Shown here: positions 1 to 12,560 of the stretch, in pieces
How the letters are laid out: every line of letters begins with the position of its first letter
How positions within the stretch are numbered: the first letter of the stretch is position 1
Assembly (NCBI GenBank): GCA_002633005.1
Contig: NMRA01000109.1
Location: 470,624 to 534,623 of the forward strand
Direction of reading: 5' to 3'
Source of the DNA: Phoronis australis
Taxonomy: Eukaryota > Animalia > Phoronida
DNA length: 64,000 nucleotides
Position numbers and translations under genes: made by a program
The notes under the pieces: model-generated
The model's input: only the letters and a program-made list of their open reading frames with translations
Databases searched by the model: none
What the model was told of the DNA's origin: nothing

Positions 1-2238
1 TAGCTGGTATAAGAAAACCCTGGTGAATAATGGTTACGTATCCATATTAGCCGATTCATGAGCAAAATTAATTATGAAGTCCCTGTACGTCGGACTGGTG
101 TAACCAAAAAAGGTATTTTACAAAAATGTATGTCCCATAATTACCTCCAGGACGAACACGTCATTAAGAAAATCATTAGGGATAATGTTAAAGTTTGAAA
201 GCGTGATGATAACCTTGATGTTATTATTAATTATAGGAATACGAAGTTCTCCAGATTTTCCTTGAAAAATAACATTTCTAAAGCTTAACTCCACGCCGTG
301 CTGTTTATGAGTTTGTATGCCCTATGAACGAATGCCTTTGTTCAAACGTCATGGTAGTGTTACATTGGTCAAATGGTTTGCATTTTGTCCCGTCGGTTAT
401 CTATGCATCTTCAAAATGGCGCTAACCAAGAACATTTTCAGCAATTTCACGAACGTAAAATTACCCGACAAGAAAATGTGGAAAACACGTCATTTCCGTA
501 CGTACACTGTAAAGCACGATACACTGCTATTGAGTATTGGAGTCCCTTTTGCTTGCATTTGAGAAGCCTGTTATGAATGAGCCGCAAACAAGGTCGCGGC
601 GCTTGTCTTTTAATCATGTCTCTTGGTCAGGTGTTTCACCAGTGTTCTGTTGAGTTTCAAACTTTGCTCCGAGGATACAAAGGGTCGGAATAAAGATTGT
701 TAAGAACGATAATGGTCGTGAATTTTCCAATTTTGCATATCGGAAAAGTTGCTCCCGAAGTACAGCCGATGAGTACATTAAACACGCTGCACATTCTACA
801 GTTCTATAACTCACGAGGCCAGTTTTGGTTGGCCACAGTGAAAACTGTAACTCTCTACCAGCAAGCACTGCATTAGCAAACTGTTTCCACGTCTCCGAGG
901 CTGCTCTCAAACCTTGTGACTTGAAAACTCGAAGCAGAGCAATATCGCACGAATGGTTGGCTAATTTAGGTGTGACATTTTAAGCACGCAAAGTAAACAA
1001 TGGCCAAAGAAGATAAAATACTGCTCCTGTATCTGCTGCATAGACGACAAGCTGGGCTTTGAGGTGTTTGGGTGCATCCTATCAACAAAGGCAATGAACG
1101 TCGTCCAAAAGGCCGAGCATTGGAATTCTTGTAAGGCATGCCATCCGTCGAGACGTGATTTGTCACACAAAAGACACATGTCTTACCAAACGAATAAGCA
1201 CGCCGTCCCTGTTCAAATGGAGTCCATAAAATTTTCATGGTTAAGTCAAAATTAGTTTGATGCTTGTGATTGGTCATGGGTATTAAGGTGCCTTGAAAAT
1301 TGCCAACATCTTGTGTGGTACACATTAGCATTTCCGTGAAGACACGGTTCAAATAAGAAATACGTGCTCTAAGTCAGAAAACTAAAATGGAAAACTGGTT
1401 GTGTAACGTGATGGCCCAATCTTCCAGAAATGTGACTTAATTCAGGATGCAAATTGTGTATTTCGTTCCCAAATTACGACCAAAAATAAAAATGACGAAA
1501 TTATTTTAACGAACTTGCCTTCAACTTTGCCTCCACCATATTAGCACTAGTGTTTATGCTTTCAATGAACTCAAGTAGATGCGACGAAGTCAATTGAGCG
1601 AACCCGTGGACATTGCTTGTCACACAGGTAAGCGGACAAATTTTGATCACATATTCTTCTTCGGTTAGTAGCAGGTTCAGGGCTTCTTGTGTCCCAAGTG
1701 AACTTCCATGGACTCCGTGATTACCAAATCGTTCATCCCGACGAGTCTAGTCTTTCAAACCATGGTTGGTTTAGTAATAAATGCCACGTGACGGTTTTGT
1801 TAATCTCGTATGTTTGCAATTTGTCGTTTTAAGCAGATTCCCGTTACTGTCACCTGCGACAGACAGGTTCGAACGGTAAATTCGCAGTTTACATCTTCCC
1901 CCACTGCGGATTATTTAACATCCATGAATAATTTGAGGTGGCGCATGCAGGCACCATTTTCTTTGTAGCCTAACTTGCACGACTCCTATGCGTATTGGGG
2001 TGATTATAGACAATGAACCCATACGGGCTCGAAGGAGCGGATAGCGGCATAAGTAATTTTTGTCAATTCTTGTGATTTGCGTAGATGGTCAACAAACTCA
2101 TGTGCTGGAGTTTCAATATTAATCGTAGCAACTTGTTCAATGTTAAGTACTTGCAATCATAGATAATACTGAAGGGTTCTACTAGTAAGCTCTTACATCA
2201 TTCACAAACAGTCACTATAGGTTCTGGTTCATCCTTGG

Positions 2239-2813
2239 GGTAAGGGTTCAAACGCACTTAGTTTGAGGAATCTTTATTTCACAATCAAAGAGTTCAAAGG
2301 TCAACAGAGTCAGACCCTAAACTGAGTACAGCCTCAATGTAAAATGAAAAGAGACACATAAATGCTTTCAGGATAAGGTAACAAAATACAAATAACAGAG
2401 AAGTTCAAATAGACTACAAAGTTTAAGACAGCGAAAGAATTCGTACAGACATACATTTACGCCTACCACGAACACATACCGTGCTCATGGCCTACGTGAC
2501 CAAGTCAAACCATAAAAGTAGGTCAAACATGTGGGCCACAAAGTCCAAACATAATTCTGCACAAAATTACCACAAAATGATTCTAAAGCAAGTAACACCA
2601 TAACCGTGGACGTAAGGCTCGCATGAACGAGGCAACTAAGTGAATAACTGAATACATACCACTATTTCGGCTTCTAGCGACATTCAAAGAAACCGACGTC
2701 TTGTCAGCCGAAAGTTCCAAAACTCAATAAAACAACCACCCTAGCGGCAGACAGGATCATAACCAAAGCTAGCACCATCTAAAATCTGTACTACAATAAC
2801 GGGGAACCGTACA
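2239..2813 (-). mobile_element. Solo LTR (Gypsy/BEL-like), about 575 bp
   Basis: On the minus strand it begins TGTACGG and ends CCCTTACC (terminal CA mutated). It is flanked by the 5-bp direct repeat CTTGG (2234-2238, 2814-2818). A minus-strand AATAAA lies near its 3' end (2273-2278). Confidence 0.6.
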
Positions 2814-3060
2814 CTTGGTACTTAATAGTTAGGTCGATACATGCTGTAAGGGTTACTGCAGCAGTAGTTTCACTCGCGAGACATTACACGACTTAGTATA
2901 ATAGATAAGATGGGCCAGCTGCCATTGGTCATCCTGGAGGCTTCATATTTTGTATCTAGAAAGGATTCTGGTCCGTAGGATTATAGAAATTTCGAGTTAG
3001 ACACACTCCTACCTTTCACTTGCAGTATTTCATTTTTGGTCAATGCAGTACTTATTTTAG

Positions 3061-3342
3061 GCGCGAGGCGGGCGTATGTTGCCAACGTCAAATTAGTAAA
3101 GCTTGCTCAAAATATTGATGATGTGCACATTGCCAACGAATTCTCATGGTTTGCCTACCTCACAATCGCTGTCGACAGTGAGGTGAAATCGATATATACT
3201 AGTAGATATATTTCAGGACAATCCGTCCAAACGCATTGTGGCTTGCAAACCGAAATATTGACGAGATCTAGCCAGTATGCAAGCCTTGCCAGTAGACAAA
3301 ACAGCAACCACCTAGCGTTGAATGTTATTGTCAGATTTGATG
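3061..3342 (+). CDS. Internal exon of SEA-domain membrane protein (possibly a degenerate SEA-like module)
   Basis: Acceptor TTATTTTAG and donor G|GTAACG bound a stop-free 282-nt phase 1-1 exon. It joins the 5701 exon in frame (..VIVRFD-V-EPIK..). Confidence 0.6.
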
Positions 3343-3626
3343 GTAACGTAAAATCCAGTTGAGTTCGGGTTTTCAACGAAAAGAATCACCCAAAATTTGA
3401 TTTTTCTTGTATTGGTACGACTAGATCGGCGCAGTAGGATGCCTTGAGTCACCAAGTACCTGAAATGGTGCGATTCTGTTCATAGTGAATTGCGACTGAT
3501 AGTTACATAGAGATAACTTAACCCCACATTTCAGATTTGCTTTCTGTGACCATCCGTACGGATGACACGCTCTTATATTTTGATGGTTTGTGAAAAAAAT
3601 ATATAAATGCAAATTCCATTGAAGAC

Positions 3627-4498
3627 ATATAGATTATTACATGGCGAAGTCGTTATCCCCCGTTATCTAGAGCCCGAGTGGATTTTGGAGAATTGTCGCC
3701 CGAGGGGCGTTAGCCCTGAGGATTATAATTCTCCAAAATCCACGAGGGCTCTAGATAAGGGGGATAACGGCTGAGAACATGTAATAATCTATTTATACCA
3801 CATACTAAACGAGAAACATTGCAATGAATCGATTTACCTTTTCTGACTGTCCACGGTTTTGTAACTACTTTCTATGTCAGAGGCCCGGGGTCGGAGGTCG
3901 TGACCTTTTAAGAAAAGCCCGGCTATTTTTGTCAAATAAGGTTTTTACTCAAAACCAATTGAAAACTCAAACATTATAGAAATAAATTGAATTTATAAAT
4001 TAAGGTTTACCAACTATTATAGCTTAAAACACGTTTTTTTCACGCTAAGCTTCGACCGGAAAATTATCGTCTGCTAAAATAGGTTACCACTGGTAACTGA
4101 ATATAATTCTCGAGTCAAAGATCCTGACGACACGATACCCGCATTCAAACTAGAGATCAGTCATTTACAAGTAAGAGGACATGAGAGAAAAATTTCACCG
4201 AATTCAGATATCATTTTTATGGAAATTATGTGTCTCATTTTTCGTAGCGTATAAGTACAGTACAATGCGGTTTGTTGAACATGGGATTATAGCACGTGCT
4301 CATTTAAGTATTCTATTTTCACTCTTGATGACGTCAGTCGCTGCGTGGTGTAGTGGTAAAGTCGGCGACCAGCAATTTCAGGGTCCCGGTTAGACCCCGT
4401 CCTCGGTTTCCCGCCAAATCGTTATCTCACTAGTGAGATAACATAATGGGTAATTACACGGTTGTATTTGCCATTTGACGCTAATATTGTGGTATAAA
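3627..4498 (+). mobile_element. Non-autonomous element, family A, copy 1 (long 5' palindrome, sub-terminal inverted repeats; unclassified, possibly Crypton-like)
   Basis: Imperfect palindrome of about 160 bp at 3630-3791. Inverted motifs TTATACCACA...TGTGGTATAA. Perfect 22-bp palindrome at 4421-4442. Homologous to 8480-9125 and 26641-26717. Confidence 0.75.
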
Positions 4499-4759
4499 CG
4501 ACTTTATTCTGTTTTTACGAGTTTAACGTCGGTTCTTTCAAACTCTCTAAATATAGATCTTGTATTGACATCGCAACAGTGAAATAAAAACTTTATAGAC
4601 ATCAGTTGGTAACAGTTTACAAAACGATATTTTGAGACTCATATCTCATCTTCAGGCTAGTATTTACTACTAGTTCACAGTGAAACACACATCATAAATG
4701 ACAATGCAATACACTACATAACACGTGAAATTGGCATGCGCAACTATAATGATATAAAC

Positions 4760-4835
4760 CCAAACACATACAACCACGCACACGCACACGCACGCACACA
4801 CACACACACACACGCGCACACACACACACACATAT
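4760..4835. repeat. (CA)n/(CACG)n microsatellite
   Basis: Directly visible dinucleotide repeat. Confidence 0.9.
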
Positions 4836-5700
4836 ATGCACGCTTTGCTATGCATCATATTGCATAGATCACCTAAATAAAGATAAAGTCCTCCGTGTTC
4901 CATTTAGTTGCTCAATCAAATTAGGTTTTTCAAACATCATTAGAAGCGACTCTAATGTTTGTAACTTGTGTACATCATTCTCCATGTAGCGAATGACTGT
5001 GTTGTCAACAATCTCCTGACGAGTTGTCTTCTCTCAAATGCACTGTTGTTAAAACATGCCAATAAAATAACTTCTTAGAAGTTAATTCTGTTGGATTTTT
5101 TGGTTTAAAACAGATAGACCTGAGGATATGGGGTTTTGAAATTGGTGACACATTTGATTTAGAAGTAGGGTGTTGTTGAAATTCGCTTCGTGTTGTTATT
5201 TACAGTTTACTCTTTTTTAGAATTCAGACGTGGTTAAGAAACGGTTCAACTTACTCTAACCATAATGGCGATGAAACTTGGTTTTAAAACTTGGTCTACC
5301 ATATTCCAAAGATTACTTTAGCCGTGGTTTAAACCAAGGTCAAAAGCACAGTTGAAAAGTGAACCATGACTGAAAATGACTTTAACCATTGTCGACTACG
5401 GTCAACTATACTTAATCATGCATTTCGCAGGGGGAACCAAAAGCGATGAATTCTAACCTGAATTTAGTCTTGTAGCATTTGGAATTCAAAGTGTGTAGCT
5501 ATGGTTCTAGCTGTTGTTAAGAGATCAATTTGATGGAAGAAACTATTTTTTGTAAAAGTAAAGTAACATGAAACGTCGGGCCCTTTACGAAATTTGCATT
5601 CGCGGTTATGACCTGACCATCGATTTCGTAGTAATGACGAATTTGCATACAGGAAATTTATTAAAGTTCGATCGTAAACACCATGTTGCTCTTGATTTAG

Positions 5701-5872
5701 TCGAGCCTATCAAAACTACACTCGCGGTAACAGACATGGAATGGGATGATGATATGCTCAACCCTATGTCGGATGTGTACGAGGAGACAGCAAAAAAAGT
5801 GGAAGACAACGTTGCTAAAACCATGGAATCGGCAGACGTCGATTCGTATGAGGTTACAGTCACCAAACTAAG
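5701..5872 (+). CDS. SEA domain, N-terminal half (exon, phase 1-2)
   Basis: Acceptor TTGATTTAG, donor AG|GTACAG. Encodes EPIKTTLAVTDMEWDDDMLNPMSDVYEETAKKVEDNVAKTM..EVTVTKL, which fits the SEA pattern (strand, W/Y..dL.np.S..Y, helix). Confidence 0.85.
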
Positions 5873-6633
5873 GTACAGTGATGGAATTGTTTGTTGAAGA
5901 GAAATGGTAACTTCATGAAAACTAATTGTTTCATGCAGAATTGTTTAAAGTTGTGTGTCTTAAGTTACAACAAGCAACATGTCAAATAAATATCAAACCT
6001 CTGCCGAATTTGTTAGTCAGTAAACTTCCAATAGCTGGTGCTAGTAAACGGACGATGTTTTCTAACTGTGATTATTGAATGCGTCTGGGGAACTGTTCAC
6101 TTGCTTTAATGAGCGATGTAGAAAAAAATTGTGTGTGCCTATGATCTTTGATGACCTACACTTATCGAACATCCGGTCTAATGAAGCAAGCAACCAAATT
6201 CTACTAAGACATTTACGCTAATTAGCAGAGAATGATACTTGCAAATAATTGTTAGCGGTGTAAAACTGTCCTTACATCATGATCAAACAGGCGATAGTGA
6301 AAACTTACGCATATCTGCCTTGCTTTAACTTTTAGCTCTGAGATCTTGTCATTGCACATTTGTAATAAGAGTTATACATTTTTTTCAAGCAGAAACCTTC
6401 TAGGTTAAGGCTTTCCTATCCCGAACCAATGAAAACTCTATTTTTACATAAAGCATGGCCATGAAGTATTTGGTCAGACGGACTTGGAGGAACAAGTTAT
6501 AATACGAGACGAAGAATTACTATAAGGATACTGAAATAAACATTTTCCGATTGCTGGTGCGAGAGAAATACAAAACAGACATGTCCAAATACTTTCACTA
6601 GAACTTGCTGAGAGGCGTTTATATTTGTTTCAG

Positions 6634-6803
6634 TCCTGGATCAGTGGTGGCGGATACCGATATTCGTGCTTGGCCAAGGCAAGGTCAGACCACAGAGGAC
6701 GCCTCCGATGTTGCCGCTGACTTAATAACTAGAGCGATATCCACGGAACAGATTGGATCTTTGCAAGTGTCCAGAGTTGCATCACGGGTGCAAAAACCTA
6801 AAG
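6634..6803 (+). CDS. SEA domain, C-terminal half with GSVV cleavage-type motif (exon, phase 2-1)
   Basis: Acceptor TTTGTTTCAG, donor G|GTAACC. The spliced product reads TKLS-PGSVVADTDI..., matching the SEA G/SVVV motif. Confidence 0.85.
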
Positions 6804-8479
6804 GTAACCATTCAGCTCATAATTATTAACGTAAAATGGTAGCGAAGTGAATAATTCCAAGACTGCTCAAGTTGCCAGCTATCCAGCTATCAAATTGTAG
6901 TTTGAAATGAACACAGTTTGTTCATCGACTAAGTAACACCTATTCGAAGTTAGGCAACTACCGCAACTGATTTAGGTATTCTATTATTAGAGCCTATGCG
7001 AGAGTTTGACGTGAGAATTTCCGGCTGCCTGCTCGACGGACTTTTGGTCGACAGTTGTAGTAATGTTACGAAATCAAGCCTAATTTCATTGCTTTATTTT
7101 CATTTTGTTACTATTATTCATGCAACTCTCCACAATAAAACTTGAGAAATTTTACCTCACAACGTACGACACCGAATTCGGGAATACCGGTAATGTTATC
7201 ATTGCGAAGGAAGCTGTGTTTGGCCATTTGCCACATAGGCAAACGACGATTTGATTTCGAAGGACTAAACCTTCACCCCAGTATCGCCTCCGCCTCCACC
7301 CACTATTGTCCCGTGTCCGACACCAAGTTTAGTTGTGTTCATCTCCATTCGGCTCTCCTTGGAACCCGCCCTTCCCCCAAGGAGGCCAGTTATTCCCAAC
7401 ATTGGTCGCTGTGGCAGGTGTGAAAGAAGCTCAACATTATTGGGGAGGTTGGCACCAACTAAGATTCCTTCCTGTCACCACAAGCTACGTCAGTGGTCGC
7501 CACTAATTTAGCAACCAACCGTGGGACGTGAGCTCTCTGCAGTTTTCCGGGTAAACGTCGCGGAGGCAATTTCCAAAATCTAGGCATCACCACTTAAAAA
7601 TTATATCGCGAGAAAGAACTCTTTTAGACCTACTCACATGTACATTACGCGGTTAAACGTTTAGGTCATGATTGTGACCTATAGCGAGAAATATTTTAGG
7701 GATTTCACTTTGTTAGAATTCCACCAAGAAACACTCACAAAATCGTTGTTGTTGTGCTCAAAGTGAGTTAACATGCCCCTCCAAATTGTTGCGAAATACG
7801 GGAAGATATGAAAAAAGCCACCATGACCTCGTTGGGAGTAGCTAGAACGTAATGTGGGAAACTTTGTTACGGTTTCGTTTATTTCCGAGAGCAAGATTGA
7901 GAACTTAGATCGCCAATTACTTCAGTAGTTCCAGTTTGGGGAAGATTTGCTATGTTTGGGTAAATTCGAGAAGAGAGGAATTTTGGAAGAATGCGGGTCT
8001 GGGTTCACTGAGGCGCTGCATAATCCCATGTTGAAGCTGCGTAGATAATTTTCAAATAACATTGTTGTTTAGTTCCTGAGAAACCTAGCATACGGTAGAC
8101 AGGGGCATGGAAAAACAGTAGATTCAAAATGAGGACCGGTGTTTCATTGACAGTGCAGTCCTGATTTACACAGAGCGCCAAGAGAAAACCGGCACTGCTC
8201 TTAGTTTTTTTTCTATTGCTCTTTTTGGTACTAACGTGTAGCACTTGATTGGGATTATCCATGAGGTCTTGATAGTAACGGTGAAATTTGTTTACAATAG
8301 TATGGTAGGTGTTAACATGACGGTGGTTAACATTATACAATCTAGTAGGTGTTTGTAGAATGTATGTGCGGGTCCCGGCTCGGGTTAGTAACAGTTACAA
8401 GAGATTAACAGTTGAGTTGCAGTGAAGAGAATCAGTTGTTACAGCAATAGCCAATATAGAGAGCCAGCTATACATCTAC

Positions 8480-9125
8480 ATATAGATTATTTATACCACA
8501 TACTGAACGAGAAAAATTGCAATCGGTCTTCCTTTCTCGACTCGTCTCTGCTTTGTATCTACTTTCTATGTCAGAGGTCCGGGGTCGGAGGTCATGACCA
8601 GCTAAGCTATTTTTGTCAAATAATGCTTTTACTCAAAACCAATTGGAAATTTAAACAAAATACAAATAAAGTGAAATTATAAATTAAGGTTTAGCAACTA
8701 TTATAGCTTACTACACATTTTATCACGATCAGCTTCGGTCGGGAAAATATCGTCTTCTAAAGTTGGTTACAGATGGTAACAGAATATAATGTCAAAGGAT
8801 CGCGACGACACAATATCTGCATTCAAAATGGAGATAGGTGATTTACAAGTGAGAGAACATGAGAGAAAAATTTCACTGAATTAAAATATCGTTCTCGTGG
8901 AAATTATGAGTCTTATTTTTTATAGCGTATAAATGTCGGTACAATTCCGTTTGTTGAACAAGCCATTGTTGCGCGTGCTTATGTAAGTATTCTATTTTCA
9001 CGTTCGATGACGTAAGCCGCTGAGTGGTGCAGTGGTAAAGTTGACAACCCGAAACTCTAGTGAGGTAACTAAATGGGTTATTACACTGTTGAATTGGCCA
9101 TTCGAGGCCAATATTGTGATATAAA
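8480..9125 (+). mobile_element. Family A, copy 2, lacking the 5' palindrome
   Basis: Colinear with 3791-4498. Starts ATATAGATTAT fused directly to TTATACCACATACT and ends CCAATATTGTGATATAAA. Confidence 0.75.
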
Positions 9126-9504
9126 GCAGGTGATTGAATCAAAAAGTGTATCAGTTGCTGTAGGTGTCTCACAAGTCAATGCTTTGCAGCACTGGCACTC
9201 ACAGAAATTACACCGGTGCGCGTACTGTAGAGATTAATACATGCAATTAAACCGTTCTTCATTCTATAGTTCCATCGAAACCTATTAGCACCGGTAGGTA
9301 ACAAGCTGCGCCCATCTATCCATTGGGGAAAGACGTGACACAAACACTGGAACCTCGGTGCATTAACCCACAATGCTGCAATAGCCCTCAAGTACTTTCG
9401 TAACCTGCCACTTTCGCACCATTGTAGTTCCGCATGTTCTTGGTTGTCTTCGTGTTCTTTTCAAGTTTTTTCTCTGTTGCATAATTGCATTTGTCCTTTC
9501 ATTG

Positions 9505-9823
9505 TTCATGAAGTATCATGACTAGGCTATACGTGAGGGGAAATTTGTTTAAACTTGACAAATACCTGTTGATACGTGATGTTAAGTTCGTCGACAAACG
9601 AGTAGATAAAGCGAGCTTTAGGGTTAATTTTGGACCGAATAAAATCCCCTTTCATGAAGAATCATGACTAGGATGTACGTGGTTGGAACTCCGACAGGAG
9701 AAATTTGTTTAAACTTGACAAATACCCGTTGGTACGTAATGTTATGTTCGTCGACAAACGAGTAGATAATTAAAGCGAATTGTAGCGTAAATTTGAACCG
9801 AATAAAATCCCCTTTCCTGAAGA
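9505..9823. repeat. Tandem duplication, unit about 146-163 bp, two copies plus a partial third
   Basis: TTCATGAAG.ATCATGACTAGG...GAATAAAATCCCCT recurs at 9505 and 9651, with a partial third start at 9814. Confidence 0.85.
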
Positions 9824-10101
9824 TACCTTTTAATGTCGGTACTTTGAAATCGTTGAAAACCGTGTTTTTCCACGGCCGTGCATCTCGACGGGCATGACCT
9901 GTGAAAATTTGCCCGGCCTTCTAAAACCAAGTAATTGAAAACAGCGCGCTCCTTTAACTCCGGAAGAGTGCTATGAATGCGTCCGAGGCCTTTCACATCT
10001 TAAATTATTAATGGGTGTTGCGTCTATGATTGTCATGCGACTGTTGTGAAAATGAAGTCATTAGAGTCTATGCCTGAAGAATCACTATTTCTCTATTTCA
10101 G

Positions 10102-10125
10102 GTACAATGAAATCAAGCGTAACAT
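10102..10125 (+). CDS. 24-nt microexon of SEA membrane protein (G-TMKSSVT)
   Basis: Acceptor TTTCTCTATTTCAG and donor GTAAGT. Phase 1-1, in frame with both neighbouring exons. Confidence 0.65.
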
Positions 10126-10311
10126 GTAAGTTGAACATTTTTAGGTATGAAATTTCTTCTAAGTCCCCCATTAAACACCTCGAGGTGGTTGTTTTGTACA
10201 ATGAACGAACGGCTTAAAGTAAGTCAGGTTTTTCCATCGGCAGTTCAGAGCATGATGATTACAGAGTGAAGCCACGCTAGGTCTTCGTCAACTTGGAATG
10301 TAATAGGCGTG

Positions 10312-11160
10312 TTATAAGAATCACTAAATCTATTACTGGACTTACGGTACGTGGAGATGGCTACGTTGCGTCCTCCTCTCGAGGACTTCATCAGGCCACT
10401 GAGTTGTCACGTGACTTGTTATGTGATCTGTCGCACAGTTTCCGCGGGATTCTCTTCAGCGCCCTATCCCATGTCCTAGGTAAGTGAAACGGCAGCCCCC
10501 CTCCCCCCCCCTGTCTATTGAGACTAGGATTCACAATTCTTTCGTAGATAGCTTCTTTGACCCCTCTCCGAAACCAATTTTCTTCTCTATCCAGATCTTC
10601 ACATCTTCCATGGCGAAAGAGTGGTCTGTGGAAGCCATGTGACTAAAAACTGCAGAATCATAGCAGTCCCCACAACTGGACCTCCGATGCTGGTTGAAAC
10701 GACTTTTCAGGGCTTGTTTCGCTTCCCCAATGTATGCTGCTCCACACCCTGGTTCCGAGCATGAAATGCCATACACCACATTTGATGTTTTCTCTTTGCT
10801 GGTTTTGTCTTTCACATCTCACAATTGACTCCTTATGCTGCTAACAGGTTTGAATACAACAGCATAGTCGTGTCCCCTCACGTGTGATTTGATCTGGTCA
10901 GCGATCCCTGGAACAAAAGGCAATCATCCTGATGTTTCCCCTATTGTCACCTTGCGTGTTCTGAGGCCTGACTCTGTCATGGTTTGCTTTGTGGAATGAC
11001 CACTTCGGGTAGCCGCATCTTTTCAGCACTGTTCTGTTGTGTTCTGTTTCAAAATCAATGTCCTCCTCTGTGTTGGGGATGGTTCTCGCTCGATAGTCCA
11101 ACGTTCTAATCACGCCTAGTTTGTGAATCAACGGGTGATTGGAGTCAAACGGAAGATAGA
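10312..11160 (-). mobile_element. Penelope-like element, 3' part (RT thumb plus GIY-YIG endonuclease), 5'-truncated and frameshifted
   Basis: YLPFDSNHPLIHKLGVIRTLDYRARTI (RT C-terminus) and SNVVYGISCSEPGCGAAYIGEAKQALKSRFNQH (GIY-YIG), followed by a hammerhead motif in the terminal repeat. Confidence 0.9.
10358..10398 (-). ncRNA. Minimal type I hammerhead ribozyme of the Penelope terminal repeat, with one core mutation
   Basis: Minus strand reads TGGC-CTGATGA-A-GTCCTC-gagag-GAGGAC-GCAA-C-GTA-GCCA. Stem I (TGGC/GCCA) and stem II (GTCCTC/GAGGAC) pair perfectly. The GAAA core reads GCAA. Confidence 0.75.
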
Positions 11161-11719
11161 CCAAGGTTTATAGGAAGCCCACTCACACGGACTACTATCT
11201 TCCGTTGCATGGGGAACGGTAGATAGGCGTATCCATTGTTAATTTCGTTTTTCTTGTGATAAAAGCATTCAGGTACCAGTCAGATGTAGCGCCNCCCCCC
11301 CCCCCCCCTTAAACCACTTAAACTTTTTACGTCTTAGTCTAGAATCGTGCTTGTGGCAGTCATGTGTTTAGAAGGCACTTTAACGTGTTTTCTGGTCTTA
11401 GTGTTGCCACAGATTAACTCGAGGTTTAATTGATCGACTTTGAATATAAAGTTTTTATGCCAGTCGCTATCTGTTCAGTGACGCCAGTGGGTTGCCTGAA
11501 ACGTATCCAGGACTGTGTGTATCCATTTATAGGGCGAGGAAACGCTGCGTCACTACGTAAAGAGTATTGCACGGTTGGAAAATCCGGAAAAACTCTGTTG
11601 CTTCGTGCAACGATATCAACTAATTTATAATTACGTGATTCAAAGTGTTTCTTGAACGATGGGAAGCTGGTGTCGTTCCTAACGATACTGTAATATAATA
11701 CCTCTCACGGACAGGATCA

Positions 11720-12560
11720 TTGGGGATATGCTAGTGCATTAATCCACTCCCCATACCATCCCCGCGACAGCAGAAGGCACAGAACTCCAGAGCTGAACTT
11801 TCCTGTCAGCATCGGATTTTACAACAGTCGGGCCGGCTCTTCTTGTGACTTTTAGCAGCATGACCATAAGTAATTCCGGCTTCGAGCAGTCGGCTAAAAT
11901 CATTGAACTCAGCCAGTTGGGATGAAGTCTGCTCGAGGGTGCGTTAGTGAGCCAATAGCTTAACATCAGCCGAGTATAAGCAGAGGGGTTGTTTGCTGGT
12001 ACATGAACCAGCGAGGTAATCTGCACGCTCATTAATCAAGACACCGGTGAGGCCAGTTACAAAAGACCAGATCACTGTATGATGAGGGTGGTGTGACCAG
12101 AAGACGCCCTAGTTGGCTGGGAGGTTTCCAGACTGAACTTTTATCAACACTGCCATGGAATCGGTGGCAAAGATAATGGTTTGATTCTCCAGGTCTGGGT
12201 GTGATAGTTTAGTTAGGGCACGTTGTATAGCCTCAAAATCCATCCGTGTACTACTTGTGTATAAATGGTGGCAGCCGCTGCCGTCCACAATGACATTGTC
12301 AGCACACAGTATTTGGTAACCCCATCCCGGTTGCACCATCGAAGGACCATTTGTTTCTACAATGATGGCATTAATACCGCTAAGATCACACCATTGTTGA
12401 AGGAACAATGCTTGCGCTACTCCAGGAGGCCATTTCTGAGCTGCCCTGGTGACATTCGGTCTCTCACCGAGTTCTTGTACTGGCAGACAAGCAGCATCTT
12501 GCGCGATCATGTGTTCGCCAATGAGGGCCTCATCGTTCCTAACGTAAATTGTTCCTAATG
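11720..12560 (-). mobile_element. Ingi/I-group LINE 3' remnant with RNase H
   Basis: IVETNGP..QPGWGY...TSSTRMDFEAIQRAL...IIFATDSMAVLIKVQSG resembles RNase H motifs (TDGS, E..A, TDS). Confidence 0.7.

Noticed and set aside
1579-1627. Possible further upstream exon of the SEA gene (MRRSQLSEPVDIACHT, donor G|GTAAGC, phase 1)
   Set aside because: The phase fits, but the acceptor is poor and there is no signal peptide or recognisable motif. It needs RNA evidence.
1-2200. Broken minus-strand ORFs with faint resemblance to a decayed gene (e.g. Mab-21/cGAS-like)
   Set aside because: The motif matches are too weak and interrupted to support a call without a profile search.
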